Assembly: GCA_965223505.1 (NCBI GenBank)
Contig: CBDCWP010000007.1
Coordinates: forward strand, 32,001-96,000
Reading direction: 5' to 3'
Length of the DNA stretch: 64,000 nt
Origin: Planctomycetota bacterium
GTDB taxonomy: Bacteria; Planctomycetota; PLA2; JAEUHO01
Positions 19,090 through 29,103 of the stretch are shown piece after piece (the first letter of the stretch is position 1; every line of letters starts with the position of its first letter). Position numbers and translations under genes: made by a program. The notes under the pieces are model-generated. The model ran no database searches. It had not been told where the DNA came from and saw nothing but the letters and a program-made list of their open reading frames with translations.

Positions 19090-19760
19090 TCATCGCTCGA
19101 AGAACCGGGCCCAACGGGCCTCTTGGAGTCGCCCGCAGCGCTTTTCTCTCGGCTGGTTCTGGGCAACGAAGTGCGGCGAAGAGCAGGTTCCGGACAGGAG
19201 CGGCACATCTGCGGCACGTTCCACGGCGCTGTGGAGGTCCCGCGAGCGCAAATGCGTGTAGTGCTTCATCGTCAACGAAATGTCGCTATGCCTCGCCAAC
19301 TCCTGCGCGGTCCGAGGATGCACGTCCGCCTGGGCGAGCCGCGTCACGAAGCTGTGTCGCAGCGCATGGCGATCCAGAACACGCCCTTCCTCGTCCTCGT
19401 GCGGGATCTTCGCGTAGTCGATGTCTCGTCGAAAGCACCGATGGGAAGGGAACAGGCGTGCAGGGATGACAGGATCCTTCGCGCCATCCGGGTGCCCCTG
19501 CGCCCGAGTGGCGGCGCGGTAGGCCTTGAGTGCAGCAACAAGATCAGCGCGCAGGGGAATGCGCTGCTCGCGCCGGGACTTCGCGTGTCTGGCGATGATG
19601 CGTATCCGCGACTCCATCTTCCTCAACTCGCTTGTGATACGCCTTGCTCAGACGGTAGTCACATGTCACCCCGAGCAACCTCGATAGTTTCGCGGCTCGG
19701 AGCCGCTTGCGAATGTCAACCATCAGCCTTGTCCGCAGCTCGTCCCAACGCGAAATGGAC
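19090..19760 (-). pseudogene. Tyrosine integrase, C-terminal fragment
   Basis: HALRH...LARH..ISLT.KHY in 19090-19626; degenerate LR..KL box upstream in another frame; no N-terminal domain. Confidence 0.8.
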
Positions 19761-20033
19761 GGCCCCCGGGCGGGGACAAGCATGGCGCCCTTTCCCCGGC
19801 TGATCAGGCCGGCGCGGGGCCGTCCCCTACATCTTCTCCCGGGCGGTGGACAGGCCCTGCGTTGCTTGGAAGCCCTTTGCGCTGGCCCTGGTAGCGGCCA
19901 GTTGGCTACCCTTTCAGGCCTAGATGCTGCTGTGGGAGGTGAGCGTGAGGACAGTCTGGTGCGCATTGGTGGTTGTCGTAACGCTCGTCGTGTCAGCACC
20001 GCAGGTAACGACACCACGCAAAGGAGGAACGAC

Positions 20034-20645
20034 GTGACCCACCACGAACAGCGTACGCCTTGGGGCGACGCACTGGAAGCGCTCAGCGAGAACGGGTTCG
20101 ACGGCATGGCTGAGGCGATGCGGGTGCTGGTGAACGAGGCCATGAAGGTCGAACGCAGTGCCTTCCTCGGCGCCGAGCCCCACGAACGCACGGATCAGCG
20201 CCGCGGCTACGCCAACGGCTTCAAGCGCAAGCGCGTCAGAACCCGCTTGGGCGAGATCGACGTCCAGGTGCCCCAGGTTCGCGACGTCGAGGGCGGCGAC
20301 ACGTTCTACCCCTCCAGCCTCGAACGCGGCCAGCGAAGCGAGAGAGCGCTCACGCTGGCCCTGGCGGAGATGTACGTCCAGGGCGTCTCGACGCGGCGTG
20401 TCGAGGCGATCACGAAGGTGCTTTGCAACGGCCTGGAGATCAGCTCCACGAGCGTGTCTCGAGCAGCTGCGCTGCTCGACGAGGAGCTCGAGCGCTGGCG
20501 CACACGTCCGCTCGGCGCGTTCAAGTACCTCGTACTCGACGCTCGCTACGAGAAGGTGCGCCACGGCGGATCGGTGCGCGACTGCGCTGTGCTGATCGCC
20601 ATCGGCGTCGATTCTCACGGCAAGCGCAGCGTGCTGGGAACGGCT
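20034..20645 (+). mobile_element. IS256-family transposase, N-terminal fragment
   Basis: RBS AGGAGG + GTG; RGYANG, EMYVQGVSTRRV, YLVLDARYEKVR, AIGVD; stops before the later catalytic residues. Confidence 0.85.
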
Positions 20646-21191
20646 GCAATCTCCGATGAGATCACGCTTGAGTTCGACGTTGACATCACTGAGAAGTTCG
20701 GCGGGTTCGTGGGCGGCCCTGACACCGCTACGCTCTCGATCACGTTCGACACCAGCATTGGGATCAGCATCGAATCAGACCCTGTCGGGACTCTGGCCCA
20801 GTACAAGGAGGCCGTTGCTGGAGACTCTATTGACTGGCTGATCACGTACGACGGTACGGATTACAGCCGCAATGCGACCGAACTTGCAGCGATTCAAGTT
20901 GAGAACGACAACCCGCTCGATGAGATCAAGCTGATCTCCGGAGAGGGTCTGCACATCAGCGTGAAGAACTTCGACGCCGATGCGATCAGTGGGATCGGGT
21001 TGCCTACAACGCTGGATACTGATGACTGGGCAACGACTTTCTTTGAGTTCGAACTCTTCAACGAGTCGGGCGTGGTGACGGATCGCATTCGGGGGACGCT
21101 CACCACGGTAATCCCCGAACCCACATCCCTCGCCCTCCTCGGCCTCGGCGTAGCCGGACTTGCGTGGCGGCGTGGGCGCGCGCGGGACTAG
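20646..21191 (+). pseudogene. PEP-CTERM protein fragment fused in frame to the IS256 fragment
   Basis: C-terminus VIPEPTSLALLGLGVAGLAWRRGR; no signal peptide of its own. Confidence 0.8.
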
Positions 21192-21193
21192 AC

Positions 21194-21628
21194 ATGGCGA
21201 AGCAAGGTCCGAAGGGAATCCATTTCACTTCACTGCCTCTTACTGAGCCCCCGCCTCACTTCATTCCCGATCTAGTTGGCGTGTTCAAGGCGCACCGCAG
21301 TGAGATCTCAACGGAGGAACTAGAGAAGGGACTGACCAGCGATCAGGTGCTTGCAGTCCTGGGGGACGACCTACGCGAACTCGGGTTCGAGGTAGAGCGC
21401 AGCAAGGCCAAAGCTGACAAGATCGAGCGCCCCGTCTTCTTCGGTGAGGATGGGGTGCCCACACTTCGGTACGAGATCGACGCGTATCACGCTGACTGGC
21501 AATGCGCTCTCGAGGTAGAGGCCGGCCGCGCGTGGATGGGCAACGCTGTATATCGAGACCTCATCCAGGCGGCTGTGATGGTCGGCGTGAAGCACCTGTG
21601 CATCGGCGCTTGGACCTCGAACTTCTGA
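21194..21628 (+). pseudogene. Restriction-endonuclease-fold (D..ExE) protein cut off by an IS3 remnant
   Basis: YEIDAY......LEVEAGR..N..YRD; coding sense ends at ~21607 where IS3 sequence begins. Confidence 0.5.
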
Positions 21629-22379
21629 TCGAGCGTGTTCGGCGCTATCGGCAGCGTGTGCTTCGAGTCCGTCGTTCGCCGCCAACGGCGTTTCAGGCGC
21701 GCTGAGATGCCGTTCTTGCGGATCAGGCGCGCCACGCGGTGAACGCCAACCGGCCGCTTCCGTGACTTGAGCTCGGCATGGACGCGCGGACTTCCGTACG
21801 TGCCCCGACTCTCCCTGTGGATCTCGCGGATCTCCCTCACGAGCCGCTGGTTGTCGATCGTGCGTTTGGACGGCGGCCTGGTGCGCCAGGCGTAGAAGCC
21901 GCTGGGCGAGACGCCCAGCAGCAGCTCGGATCGGCACGTTGGCCTTCCCCGCCTCGATCAGCTCGAAGGCTTCGAGCTCTCCTCCCTGGCGAAGAAGGCT
22001 GCGGCTTTTTTCAGGAAGTCCCGCTCCATCCGGAGCCGCTTCACATCCCGCTTGAGCTGCCGCACTTCGGCTTTCTCCGCGGTGGTTAGCGCCTCCGGAG
22101 GACCCTCCCCTGCATCGACCTCAGCCTGCTTGACCCAGTTCCTCAGCACGTTCGGGTGGATGTCCAGATCCCGCCCGACCCTCGCGTAGTTCCCAACGGC
22201 CTTGTAGAGCCGGACGGCCTCCGCCTTCTGCTGGGCCGTGAACGTGCGCTTCTTCCTCTGTCCCATCGGTATACTCCTCGACCAGTATCCTACTCCGCAG
22301 GGTAGGAAGGATGGGATCTCGGCATCGTGGGATCTTTCCACCCCCACGGGTAGGTGTCCACGAAACCGGGTCAACTCCA
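21605..22379 (-). mobile_element. IS3-family element, truncated
   Basis: Left end TGGAGTTGACCCGGTTTCGTGGACAC; orfA 21958-22266 (HTH, LKKAAAFFA); AAAAAAG slip site 22005-22011; orfB (YGSPRV..EL, TTDS.H....PN.L) frameshifted and lacking the DDE core. Confidence 0.9.
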
Positions 22380-22382
22380 GAA

Positions 22383-23543
22383 CTACTTGGCTCCAGTCTC
22401 AGGCCACATGCCATCGAAGTGCTTCATCGCAAACTCACGAATCACCCTCTCGACTTCCTTCGCATGACGCTCAACCACTCTCACGTTCTTTTCAGAGGCA
22501 CTCTCGCGCAAAGTAGAACCGGGCTGTAGCCACGCGTTTTCGACAGTCTTGCGAACTGCCTGTCTTGAGGGCGCCAGCGCTCGCTCGCTCTCTACGAGCT
22601 TGGCAATGTCTTCTCGAGCCGCCGGCGTATCGAAGACAGTCTGGGCAAGTCGATCGGTCGCCTCGCTCAACCGCTTGTCGCTCAATGAGCCTGCTGAGCA
22701 CTCATTGAGCAGCCCCACTCCTCGGAAGACATGCAGAGCCCTGAAGAAGCGGTCAGATTCACGAAGCTGCGGATCCAAGTCAGGCGTGGCCAGTATCGTA
22801 TTGATGCGCTCTTTCCACTCAACCTGCTCAAGTTCGACGCTCCGACGCGTGAGTGTGGTCTCAGCGCCGGTCGACTCGGACCGGGCACGGGCAGAGAAGA
22901 GAAGACCTGTCGAACGATCAAATACCAGTTCGGCTCGTTTGGAGGAGAGCACTACTCGCTTCTTTGCTTCGTCTACGCGGACTGACTTGGTCGCGAACAG
23001 CTCTCGATCGAGCCAGCGAGCTGGATGCCCTTCACCAACGCCGAGGCCCCACTCGTATGAAGTCGTATCATCGGCTGCCTCATCAATGAGAATCTGCACG
23101 TAGGTCGAGTGGCGCTCCATCTTCAATCTTGGAAGTTTCCAGTCCCTACAGATCTCGTCTAGAGTCGTTTGCACTCGCTTGACCTGCTTGTTCAACTCAT
23201 TAGGCCCTCGGCAGGAGTAGACTGCCGTGCCGTTCGCCAGGCTCACAAAGCGTGAGCCATTGCCAGCAGACCATAGGGTCGTGAGTTTGCCTTCTCCTCG
23301 CAGTCGAAGATAGGCGCCCGTGAGGTCCCCGCTCCTGAAGAGCTCTCCGAGCCCCTCCCTTGGTTCGACGAACGCCAGACTGCCCGGCGTCATCTCCAGC
23401 CTGTAGGCGATGTGCAGTTCCGCCTGTCTGTCAACACTGGCCTGCAGCTGCTTTCGTAGCACCTCGGAGCTGCGAGCGCCTTCCTCAGCATTGGCAGTAC
23501 CAGCGACAATCAACGTGAGGACTAGCAACGCTCGCCGATACAT
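22383..23543 (-). CDS. Hypothetical secreted protein (island cargo)
   Basis: Signal peptide MYRRALLVLTLIVAGTANA; atypical codon usage. Confidence 0.65.
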   Translation of the reverse strand: MYRRALLVLTLIVAGTANAEEGARSSEVLRKQLQASVDRQAELHIAYRLEMTPGSLAFVEPREGLGELFRSGDLTGAYLRLRGEGKLTTLWSAGNGSRFVSLANGTAVYSCRGPNELNKQVKRVQTTLDEICRDWKLPRLKMERHSTYVQILIDEAADDTTSYEWGLGVGEGHPARWLDRELFATKSVRVDEAKKRVVLSSKRAELVFDRSTGLLFSARARSESTGAETTLTRRSVELEQVEWKERINTILATPDLDPQLRESDRFFRALHVFRGVGLLNECSAGSLSDKRLSEATDRLAQTVFDTPAAREDIAKLVESERALAPSRQAVRKTVENAWLQPGSTLRESASEKNVRVVERHAKEVERVIREFAMKHFDGMWPETGAK

Positions 23544-23789
23544 GGCCAACATGATACTCGCGAGCAAACGCGCCCCTCAACCCGTCAACTCCGCGACTGG
23601 CTGGCGGTACTAGAGAATTGGGAGCTAGCGTCCAAGTTCGCTAGGATGGTTTGCCGAAGCATGCGCTCGGAGGGTCGTTGATCTTCGCCGGGACTGGGCT
23701 TATCCCACACGCATGAGCTTCGCGCCCGGTGCCGCCCAACCTGCGGATTCCGGCGCCGCCCCGGCTACGCTGGCGTTTGGAGACCCAGC

Positions 23790-25886
23790 GTGAAGCGCCT
23801 GATCCGATTCCTCCCCCTGCTCGCCGTCGCGGCCGTGCTCAACGTCGCGTTCGTCGGGGACTTCATGCGCTCGACGCTCCCCGAACGCAGGCCCGCGCCC
23901 GCCGCCGATGCCGACACCGTGCCTCGCGTCGTCGTGCTCGGGTTCGACGGCGTCGACGCCCGCATGCTGCAGGCGTACATCGACGCGGACCAGCTGCCCG
24001 CCCTGGCCTCGCTCGCGCGCGACGGCGCGTTCCATCCGCTCATGAGCGAGATCCCGCCGGAGTCGCCCGTGGCCTGGGCGAGCCTGATGACCGGCGTCAA
24101 CCCCGCGCGCCACGGCGTCTACGACTTCGTCACGCCCGGCCCGGGTTACGAGCCCCAGAACGGGATGGTCGACATCCGCCGCGCGCGCCTGCTCTTCGAC
24201 CGCGTCCCCTTGCGTGCACCGCGCGTGCGCTCGCGCCTCCGCGCCCCGACGTTCACCGAGCTCGTTCGCAATGCGGGCTACTCCGTTCTGGCACTACGCC
24301 AGCCCTTGCTCTTCCCGGTGCCCGATCGTCCGGGTGCGCACATGACCCCCGGACTGGGCACACCCGACGTTGCCGCATCCTCCGGATTCGGCACGCAGTA
24401 CTCCGCGGCCCTCGGGTTCACGTCCGGCGTGACGACGTTCGGCACGTATCGCGTCCCGTTGCCGGTCGCTCCCCCGGATGAGCGGTACGACACGCTGCTC
24501 TACGGACCCTACGACCCGAGCTTGGGCCGCAACGCGCGTGGCGGCCGTCGGCGCGCGTCGGTTCCGCTGCGTTTCGAGGTGCGCGCGGACGCACGCGTTC
24601 GCATCACGCTGGCCGGGGTCGTACAGGACGTACGTGTCGGCGACCGCAGCGACGTCTTCTCCGTTCGCTTCGAGCTCGGGTTGATTCCGAGTCGATCGGT
24701 CGACGGCGTCGTGCGATTCGAGGTGAAGAGCGTCGATCCCCTGAAGGTGCTCGCCGATCCCGTCAACTTCGATCCGCGCAACGCCCCCTTCCCGCTCTCG
24801 ACACCCGACGACTACGGCGCGAAGCTCTGGAACACCTACGGGCCCTACGAGACGGTCGGTTGGCAAGAGCAGACGATGCCGCTGAACGACCGCTTTCAGA
24901 GCGACGAAGACTTCCTGCGCGACCTGCTCGAGGACATGGACCGCGGCGGCGGCATCCTGATGGGGGAACTGGCGCGCAATGACCGCTGCGTGTTCGCCTG
25001 CTTCACCGCGACCGACCGGGCGTGCCACGGTTTCTATCGCTACCGCGACTTTGGTCATCGCCTCCACGACGACCGAAGCAAGAGTCTCGACGATCCCATC
25101 CTGCAGGTCTTCCGGAAGATGGACACGATCGTCGGCGCCGTGAGAGCACGACTCGACAAGGACGACCTGCTGTTGATCGTCTCCGATCACGGCTTCCAGA
25201 CGTGGCGCTGGGCGGTCAACATCAACCAGTGGCTCGTCGACGAGGGCTACATGGTGTTGAAAAGCGACGCCGAGGAGAAGGGACTGGCGCCGTTCTTCGG
25301 CGGCGAGACCGGCGTCGACGTCGTCGACTGGTCGAAGACGCGGGCGTACGGCCTCGGTCTCGGGCAGATCTACCTGAACCTACGCGGCCGCGAAGAGCAG
25401 GGCATCGTGGATCCCGAAGACGCCCGCGCTCTCTCCGCGGAGATCCGCGACAAGCTTCTCGCGATTCGCAACCCCTACGTCGATGACGCCCGTCCGGTCG
25501 AGGGCGCCGACACGCCCGTCACGTCGCGCGCGGTCGAGACCGTGACGCTGCTGGCCGACGTCTACGACGGACCCTTCGCGAGCGAAGCGGCCGAGATCCA
25601 GGTCGGGTTCGCGCCCGGCTATCGTGTGTCGTGGCAGACCGCGCTGCTCGGGGGCATGGCCAAGAGCGGCGACGTGTTCGAGTACAACGACGTGGCATGG
25701 TCCGGCGATCACTGCAGCACGTCGCGCGACCGGGTTCCCGGTGTCTTGCTCGTCAATCGCAAGGTCGCGCGGCCTCGCGACGACCGGCCGTATCACGTAC
25801 GTGACGTCGCCGCGACGGTGCTTCGCCACTTCGGCCTTCCGACGGGTGAGCTCGACGGTGTGCCGGTGACCTTCCCGGCGGACTGA
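23790..25886 (+). CDS. Alkaline-phosphatase-superfamily phosphodiesterase/nucleotide pyrophosphatase
   Basis: VLGFDG, PPESPVAWASLMTG.NP..HG.YDF, IVSDHGF, WSGDH. Confidence 0.85.
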   Translation: MKRLIRFLPLLAVAAVLNVAFVGDFMRSTLPERRPAPAADADTVPRVVVLGFDGVDARMLQAYIDADQLPALASLARDGAFHPLMSEIPPESPVAWASLMTGVNPARHGVYDFVTPGPGYEPQNGMVDIRRARLLFDRVPLRAPRVRSRLRAPTFTELVRNAGYSVLALRQPLLFPVPDRPGAHMTPGLGTPDVAASSGFGTQYSAALGFTSGVTTFGTYRVPLPVAPPDERYDTLLYGPYDPSLGRNARGGRRRASVPLRFEVRADARVRITLAGVVQDVRVGDRSDVFSVRFELGLIPSRSVDGVVRFEVKSVDPLKVLADPVNFDPRNAPFPLSTPDDYGAKLWNTYGPYETVGWQEQTMPLNDRFQSDEDFLRDLLEDMDRGGGILMGELARNDRCVFACFTATDRACHGFYRYRDFGHRLHDDRSKSLDDPILQVFRKMDTIVGAVRARLDKDDLLLIVSDHGFQTWRWAVNINQWLVDEGYMVLKSDAEEKGLAPFFGGETGVDVVDWSKTRAYGLGLGQIYLNLRGREEQGIVDPEDARALSAEIRDKLLAIRNPYVDDARPVEGADTPVTSRAVETVTLLADVYDGPFASEAAEIQVGFAPGYRVSWQTALLGGMAKSGDVFEYNDVAWSGDHCSTSRDRVPGVLLVNRKVARPRDDRPYHVRDVAATVLRHFGLPTGELDGVPVTFPAD

Positions 25887-26051
25887 GCCTCGCTGGATAC
25901 CTGTTTTCCATTCACTCCGCGTGCATACTTCGTTGCCGGGACGACCGTCCTCAACCAGGCCGCGGAGCCCATACTTTGGGGCGCTCGGCGGAGTTCGCGA
26001 TGTCAGTCTACGCCTGTGGAAGACGCCGATCTCGGCGATCGCGAGGTCCGC

Positions 26052-27596
26052 ATGCACGCGACGAACAGGCCCGAGCTGCGTCGGTTTCGCCTGTTGGTCG
26101 TCTGGGCGTTGCTGGCCGCCGCCATGGTTGCTTGCGGCGACGAGCGGTCGCCGGAGTCGGACGTCCGGCGCGCATTCGACCGCACGCGACCGAACCTCGT
26201 CGTCATCTGCATCGACACGCTTCGCGGCGACGCGCTCGAGGCGACCGCCGCCGGTGAGCCCCGGATGCCCTTCACCGCGTCGCTCGCAAGGGACGGCGTT
26301 CGTTTCGACCAGGCGGCGGCACCGGCGCCGTGGACGGTTCCCTCGGTCGTCAGTCTGCTGACCGGGCTGTGGCCGAGCGAGCACGGCTGCAATCGGCCTT
26401 TGGAAGATCCTTACCTGCTCGATCCCGTGCAGACCTACGCGGAGACGCTTCGGGACGAACACGGCTATCAAACCGCCGCCTTCGTGGGCGGCCCTTGGTG
26501 GTCGAAGTCGTTCAACCTGTTCCAGGGATTCGACGACGGCACGACGGACTTCGGGTTGCAGGGCACGGACGAGGTCGTCTTGCCGTGGGCGGAGCGGCGC
26601 GAGGCCGCACGGCCGTTCTTCCTCTACCTGCACACCTACGAAGCGCACGATCCGTACGGTCGTCACAATCATCCGTTCCCGGACAACCCTGCCAACATCA
26701 GGACGAAGCGAAGGGTCGACGTCGACGAGCTCGACGAGGCCCACGAGATCGCACGTGCGTTCATGCTCGACCACGCGGCGCGAAGCGCTTTGGCGAAGCG
26801 GTATCGCGGGGGCCTTCAGCACATCGTGGCGAAGTACTTCCACTCGGGCTACCGAGACGACCCTCGACCCGAGCTCGCCGCGGAGCTCGAGCGCGAGTAC
26901 TGGAAGGGCGTCGCCTGGGTCGACTCGCTGATCGAGAGCACCGTCGCGTCCCTCGAGGCGGCCGGGCTCATGGAGAACACGCTGTTGGTGGTGACCAGCG
27001 ATCATGGCGAGGCGTTCGGCGAGCACGGAACGCTGATGCACGGCCGGGTTCTCTACGACGAGCTCGTTCACGTGCCGTTGGTGATGGTCGGTCCGAAGCC
27101 GTTCGACCGGGGCGCCGTCGTCTCGTCCAGCGTGGGCCTGATCGACGTCATGCCGACGTTCTTCGATTGGGCGGGCTTCGATCAGCTGCGCGATGCGCGG
27201 GGCGTGTCGATGCTGCCGCTGCTCGCGGAGAAGCGTGAGCCCCGCCCGGTTCTGTCCGAGGAGCTGCTGACCTACCTCAACACGACCGAAGATCGGCAGG
27301 ACTTCCTCGTATCGCTGCGCTCCGAACGCTGGAAGTACGTCGCCACGTTCGACGCCCTGAACAACACCCATCGCGAAGAGCTCTACGATCTCGCGGCCGA
27401 CCCTGGTGAGAGCAACAACCTGACCGTCAACTGGCGCGTGCCCGTCGCCACGGAGCTGAACGTCGACTTCTGCCTCGGGATCGCCAAGGCACGGCGGCAC
27501 CTGTGGAAATGGGCGTCCGGCCGGGTGACCCCGCCCGAAGGAGGGGCCGGGACGCATCCCGTCCGGCCGCTTTCGTGCGAATCCGAGAATCGCTGA
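26052..27596 (+). CDS. Sulfatase-like lipoprotein (Thr at nucleophile position)
   Basis: IDTLR.D, WTVPS..SLLTG, H.YEAH.PY, TSDHGE.FGEH, ELYDL..DPGE. Confidence 0.85.
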   Translation: MHATNRPELRRFRLLVVWALLAAAMVACGDERSPESDVRRAFDRTRPNLVVICIDTLRGDALEATAAGEPRMPFTASLARDGVRFDQAAAPAPWTVPSVVSLLTGLWPSEHGCNRPLEDPYLLDPVQTYAETLRDEHGYQTAAFVGGPWWSKSFNLFQGFDDGTTDFGLQGTDEVVLPWAERREAARPFFLYLHTYEAHDPYGRHNHPFPDNPANIRTKRRVDVDELDEAHEIARAFMLDHAARSALAKRYRGGLQHIVAKYFHSGYRDDPRPELAAELEREYWKGVAWVDSLIESTVASLEAAGLMENTLLVVTSDHGEAFGEHGTLMHGRVLYDELVHVPLVMVGPKPFDRGAVVSSSVGLIDVMPTFFDWAGFDQLRDARGVSMLPLLAEKREPRPVLSEELLTYLNTTEDRQDFLVSLRSERWKYVATFDALNNTHREELYDLAADPGESNNLTVNWRVPVATELNVDFCLGIAKARRHLWKWASGRVTPPEGGAGTHPVRPLSCESENR

Positions 27597-29086
27597 TCCT
27601 CGTACTGCTGCTCTTGGCGGCTTGCGCCGAAGACGAGCAGCCGCGAGCACCCGTGCGCGCTTACGACAGCGACGGTGCGCTGCTGATCGACCCGCCGACG
27701 ACGCGGCGTCCCAGTCTCGTCGTCTTCGTCCTCGAGGGCGTCCGCGCCGACGCGGTGCACGGCGACATGTGGCTGGCCGCCGATGGCGACGTCTCGAGCG
27801 CCGCGCTGCGCTGCGAGAACGCGGCGGCGCCGTCGCCGCGCGCCGTGCCGTCGTGGGTCAGTCTGTTGACCGGCCTGCTGCCGAGCGCGCATGGATGCGA
27901 TGCGCCCGGTCGCCACGCGTCGATGCCGGCCGCGGTGACGACGTATCCCGAGGCGCTCGCGAAGGGGTTCGGCTACGAGACCGTCGCGCTCACTACAGGC
28001 CGCTGGCCTCCGGGGTTCGACACCGTGCTCCAGGGCTTCGAGACGATCATCGACGGGCGCGACCGCGCGATCGCCGAGCTCGGAGAATGGCTCGCAGGTC
28101 GCGACGCCACGCGACCGTACTTGCTCGTCTTGCGCATCGACGCGGCCAACGGGACCTACGACGCGCGGCGACTCCAGCCCGACCGCTCGCTTCCGAGGCC
28201 CGCGGTTCCCGACACGCTGCCGACCGATCGGGAGCTCGCGGCCATCGACGCGTTGGACCTCGCCCAACGCGATTCGTACCGATCCCGATTCGGCTACCGC
28301 TACGAACGCGCGGTCCGCCGCTACCGATTCGAAGGGTTCGCCCGGGCGCCGGACGCGCCGCTGTCCAAACGGCTGCGCGACGCGTACGACCGTCAGGTTG
28401 GGCGGGTGGACGATCTCGCACGGGCGATGCACGGGCTCCTCTTCACCGACGGCGGGGACGACACCTTCTTCGTCGTGACGTCGTCGAACGGCCAGGCGTT
28501 CGGCGAGCGCGGCACGCTGGGCGAGGGGCTTGGTCTTCGCGACGAACACATCCACGTGCCTCTGGTCGTTCTGGCGCCGAGGGTCCTGCCGCGTGCGCGT
28601 TGGCGCGGAAGCGTCGGCGTGATCGACGTCTTCCCGACGCTGTTCGACTGCGCAGGCTTCACGCCGCTTCAGGGCGTTCACGGACGTTCGTTTCGCGAGG
28701 ACGCGCTCCGTTCCGGAGACGGGCGTCCGGTGTTCAGTGAGGAGCGGCTCGGGCGCGACAACACCGGCGTCGACGTGATGCGCATTCTCACCAGCGTTCG
28801 ATCGACGCGCTTCAAGTACGTCATCACGTTCGATCGCTTGGCGGGAACCGTCCTCGAGTCGACCTTCGACCTCGACGCCGATCCGGAGGAGCGTCTCGAC
28901 CTTGCGAAGCAAGGACGTATCGAGGGCCTCGTGTTCGATGCCGCGTTCTGCGACGCGGTCGAGGCCGCGCGCGATCGAATCTGGGGCGCCGCCGAGGGCG
29001 TGAAGCGGCGCGAGCACACGCCGTACGGCGCCGGCGAGGCGCAGGTGACTTCGAAGCGTCCGGCGTCGTGCGCCCCGACACGCTGA
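27575..29086 (+). CDS. Degenerate sulfatase-like lipoprotein, paralog of upstream gene
   Basis: Lipobox LAAC; LEGVRAD, AVPSW.SLLTG, TSSNGQAFGE. Confidence 0.75.
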   Translation: MRIRESLILVLLLLAACAEDEQPRAPVRAYDSDGALLIDPPTTRRPSLVVFVLEGVRADAVHGDMWLAADGDVSSAALRCENAAAPSPRAVPSWVSLLTGLLPSAHGCDAPGRHASMPAAVTTYPEALAKGFGYETVALTTGRWPPGFDTVLQGFETIIDGRDRAIAELGEWLAGRDATRPYLLVLRIDAANGTYDARRLQPDRSLPRPAVPDTLPTDRELAAIDALDLAQRDSYRSRFGYRYERAVRRYRFEGFARAPDAPLSKRLRDAYDRQVGRVDDLARAMHGLLFTDGGDDTFFVVTSSNGQAFGERGTLGEGLGLRDEHIHVPLVVLAPRVLPRARWRGSVGVIDVFPTLFDCAGFTPLQGVHGRSFREDALRSGDGRPVFSEERLGRDNTGVDVMRILTSVRSTRFKYVITFDRLAGTVLESTFDLDADPEERLDLAKQGRIEGLVFDAAFCDAVEAARDRIWGAAEGVKRREHTPYGAGEAQVTSKRPASCAPTR

Positions 29087-29103
29087 ACGTCACAAGGACG
29101 TCG

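Larger units (their letters stand above)
19044..23717. mobile_element. Decayed genomic island integrated at tRNA-Val
   Basis: CACACGCATGAG at 19044-19055 and 23706-23717; integrase next to the tRNA; IS remnants; cargo visibly less GC-rich. Confidence 0.75.

Noticed and set aside
19090..23717. Prophage
   Set aside because: No phage structural, replication or lysis genes; only integrase and IS debris
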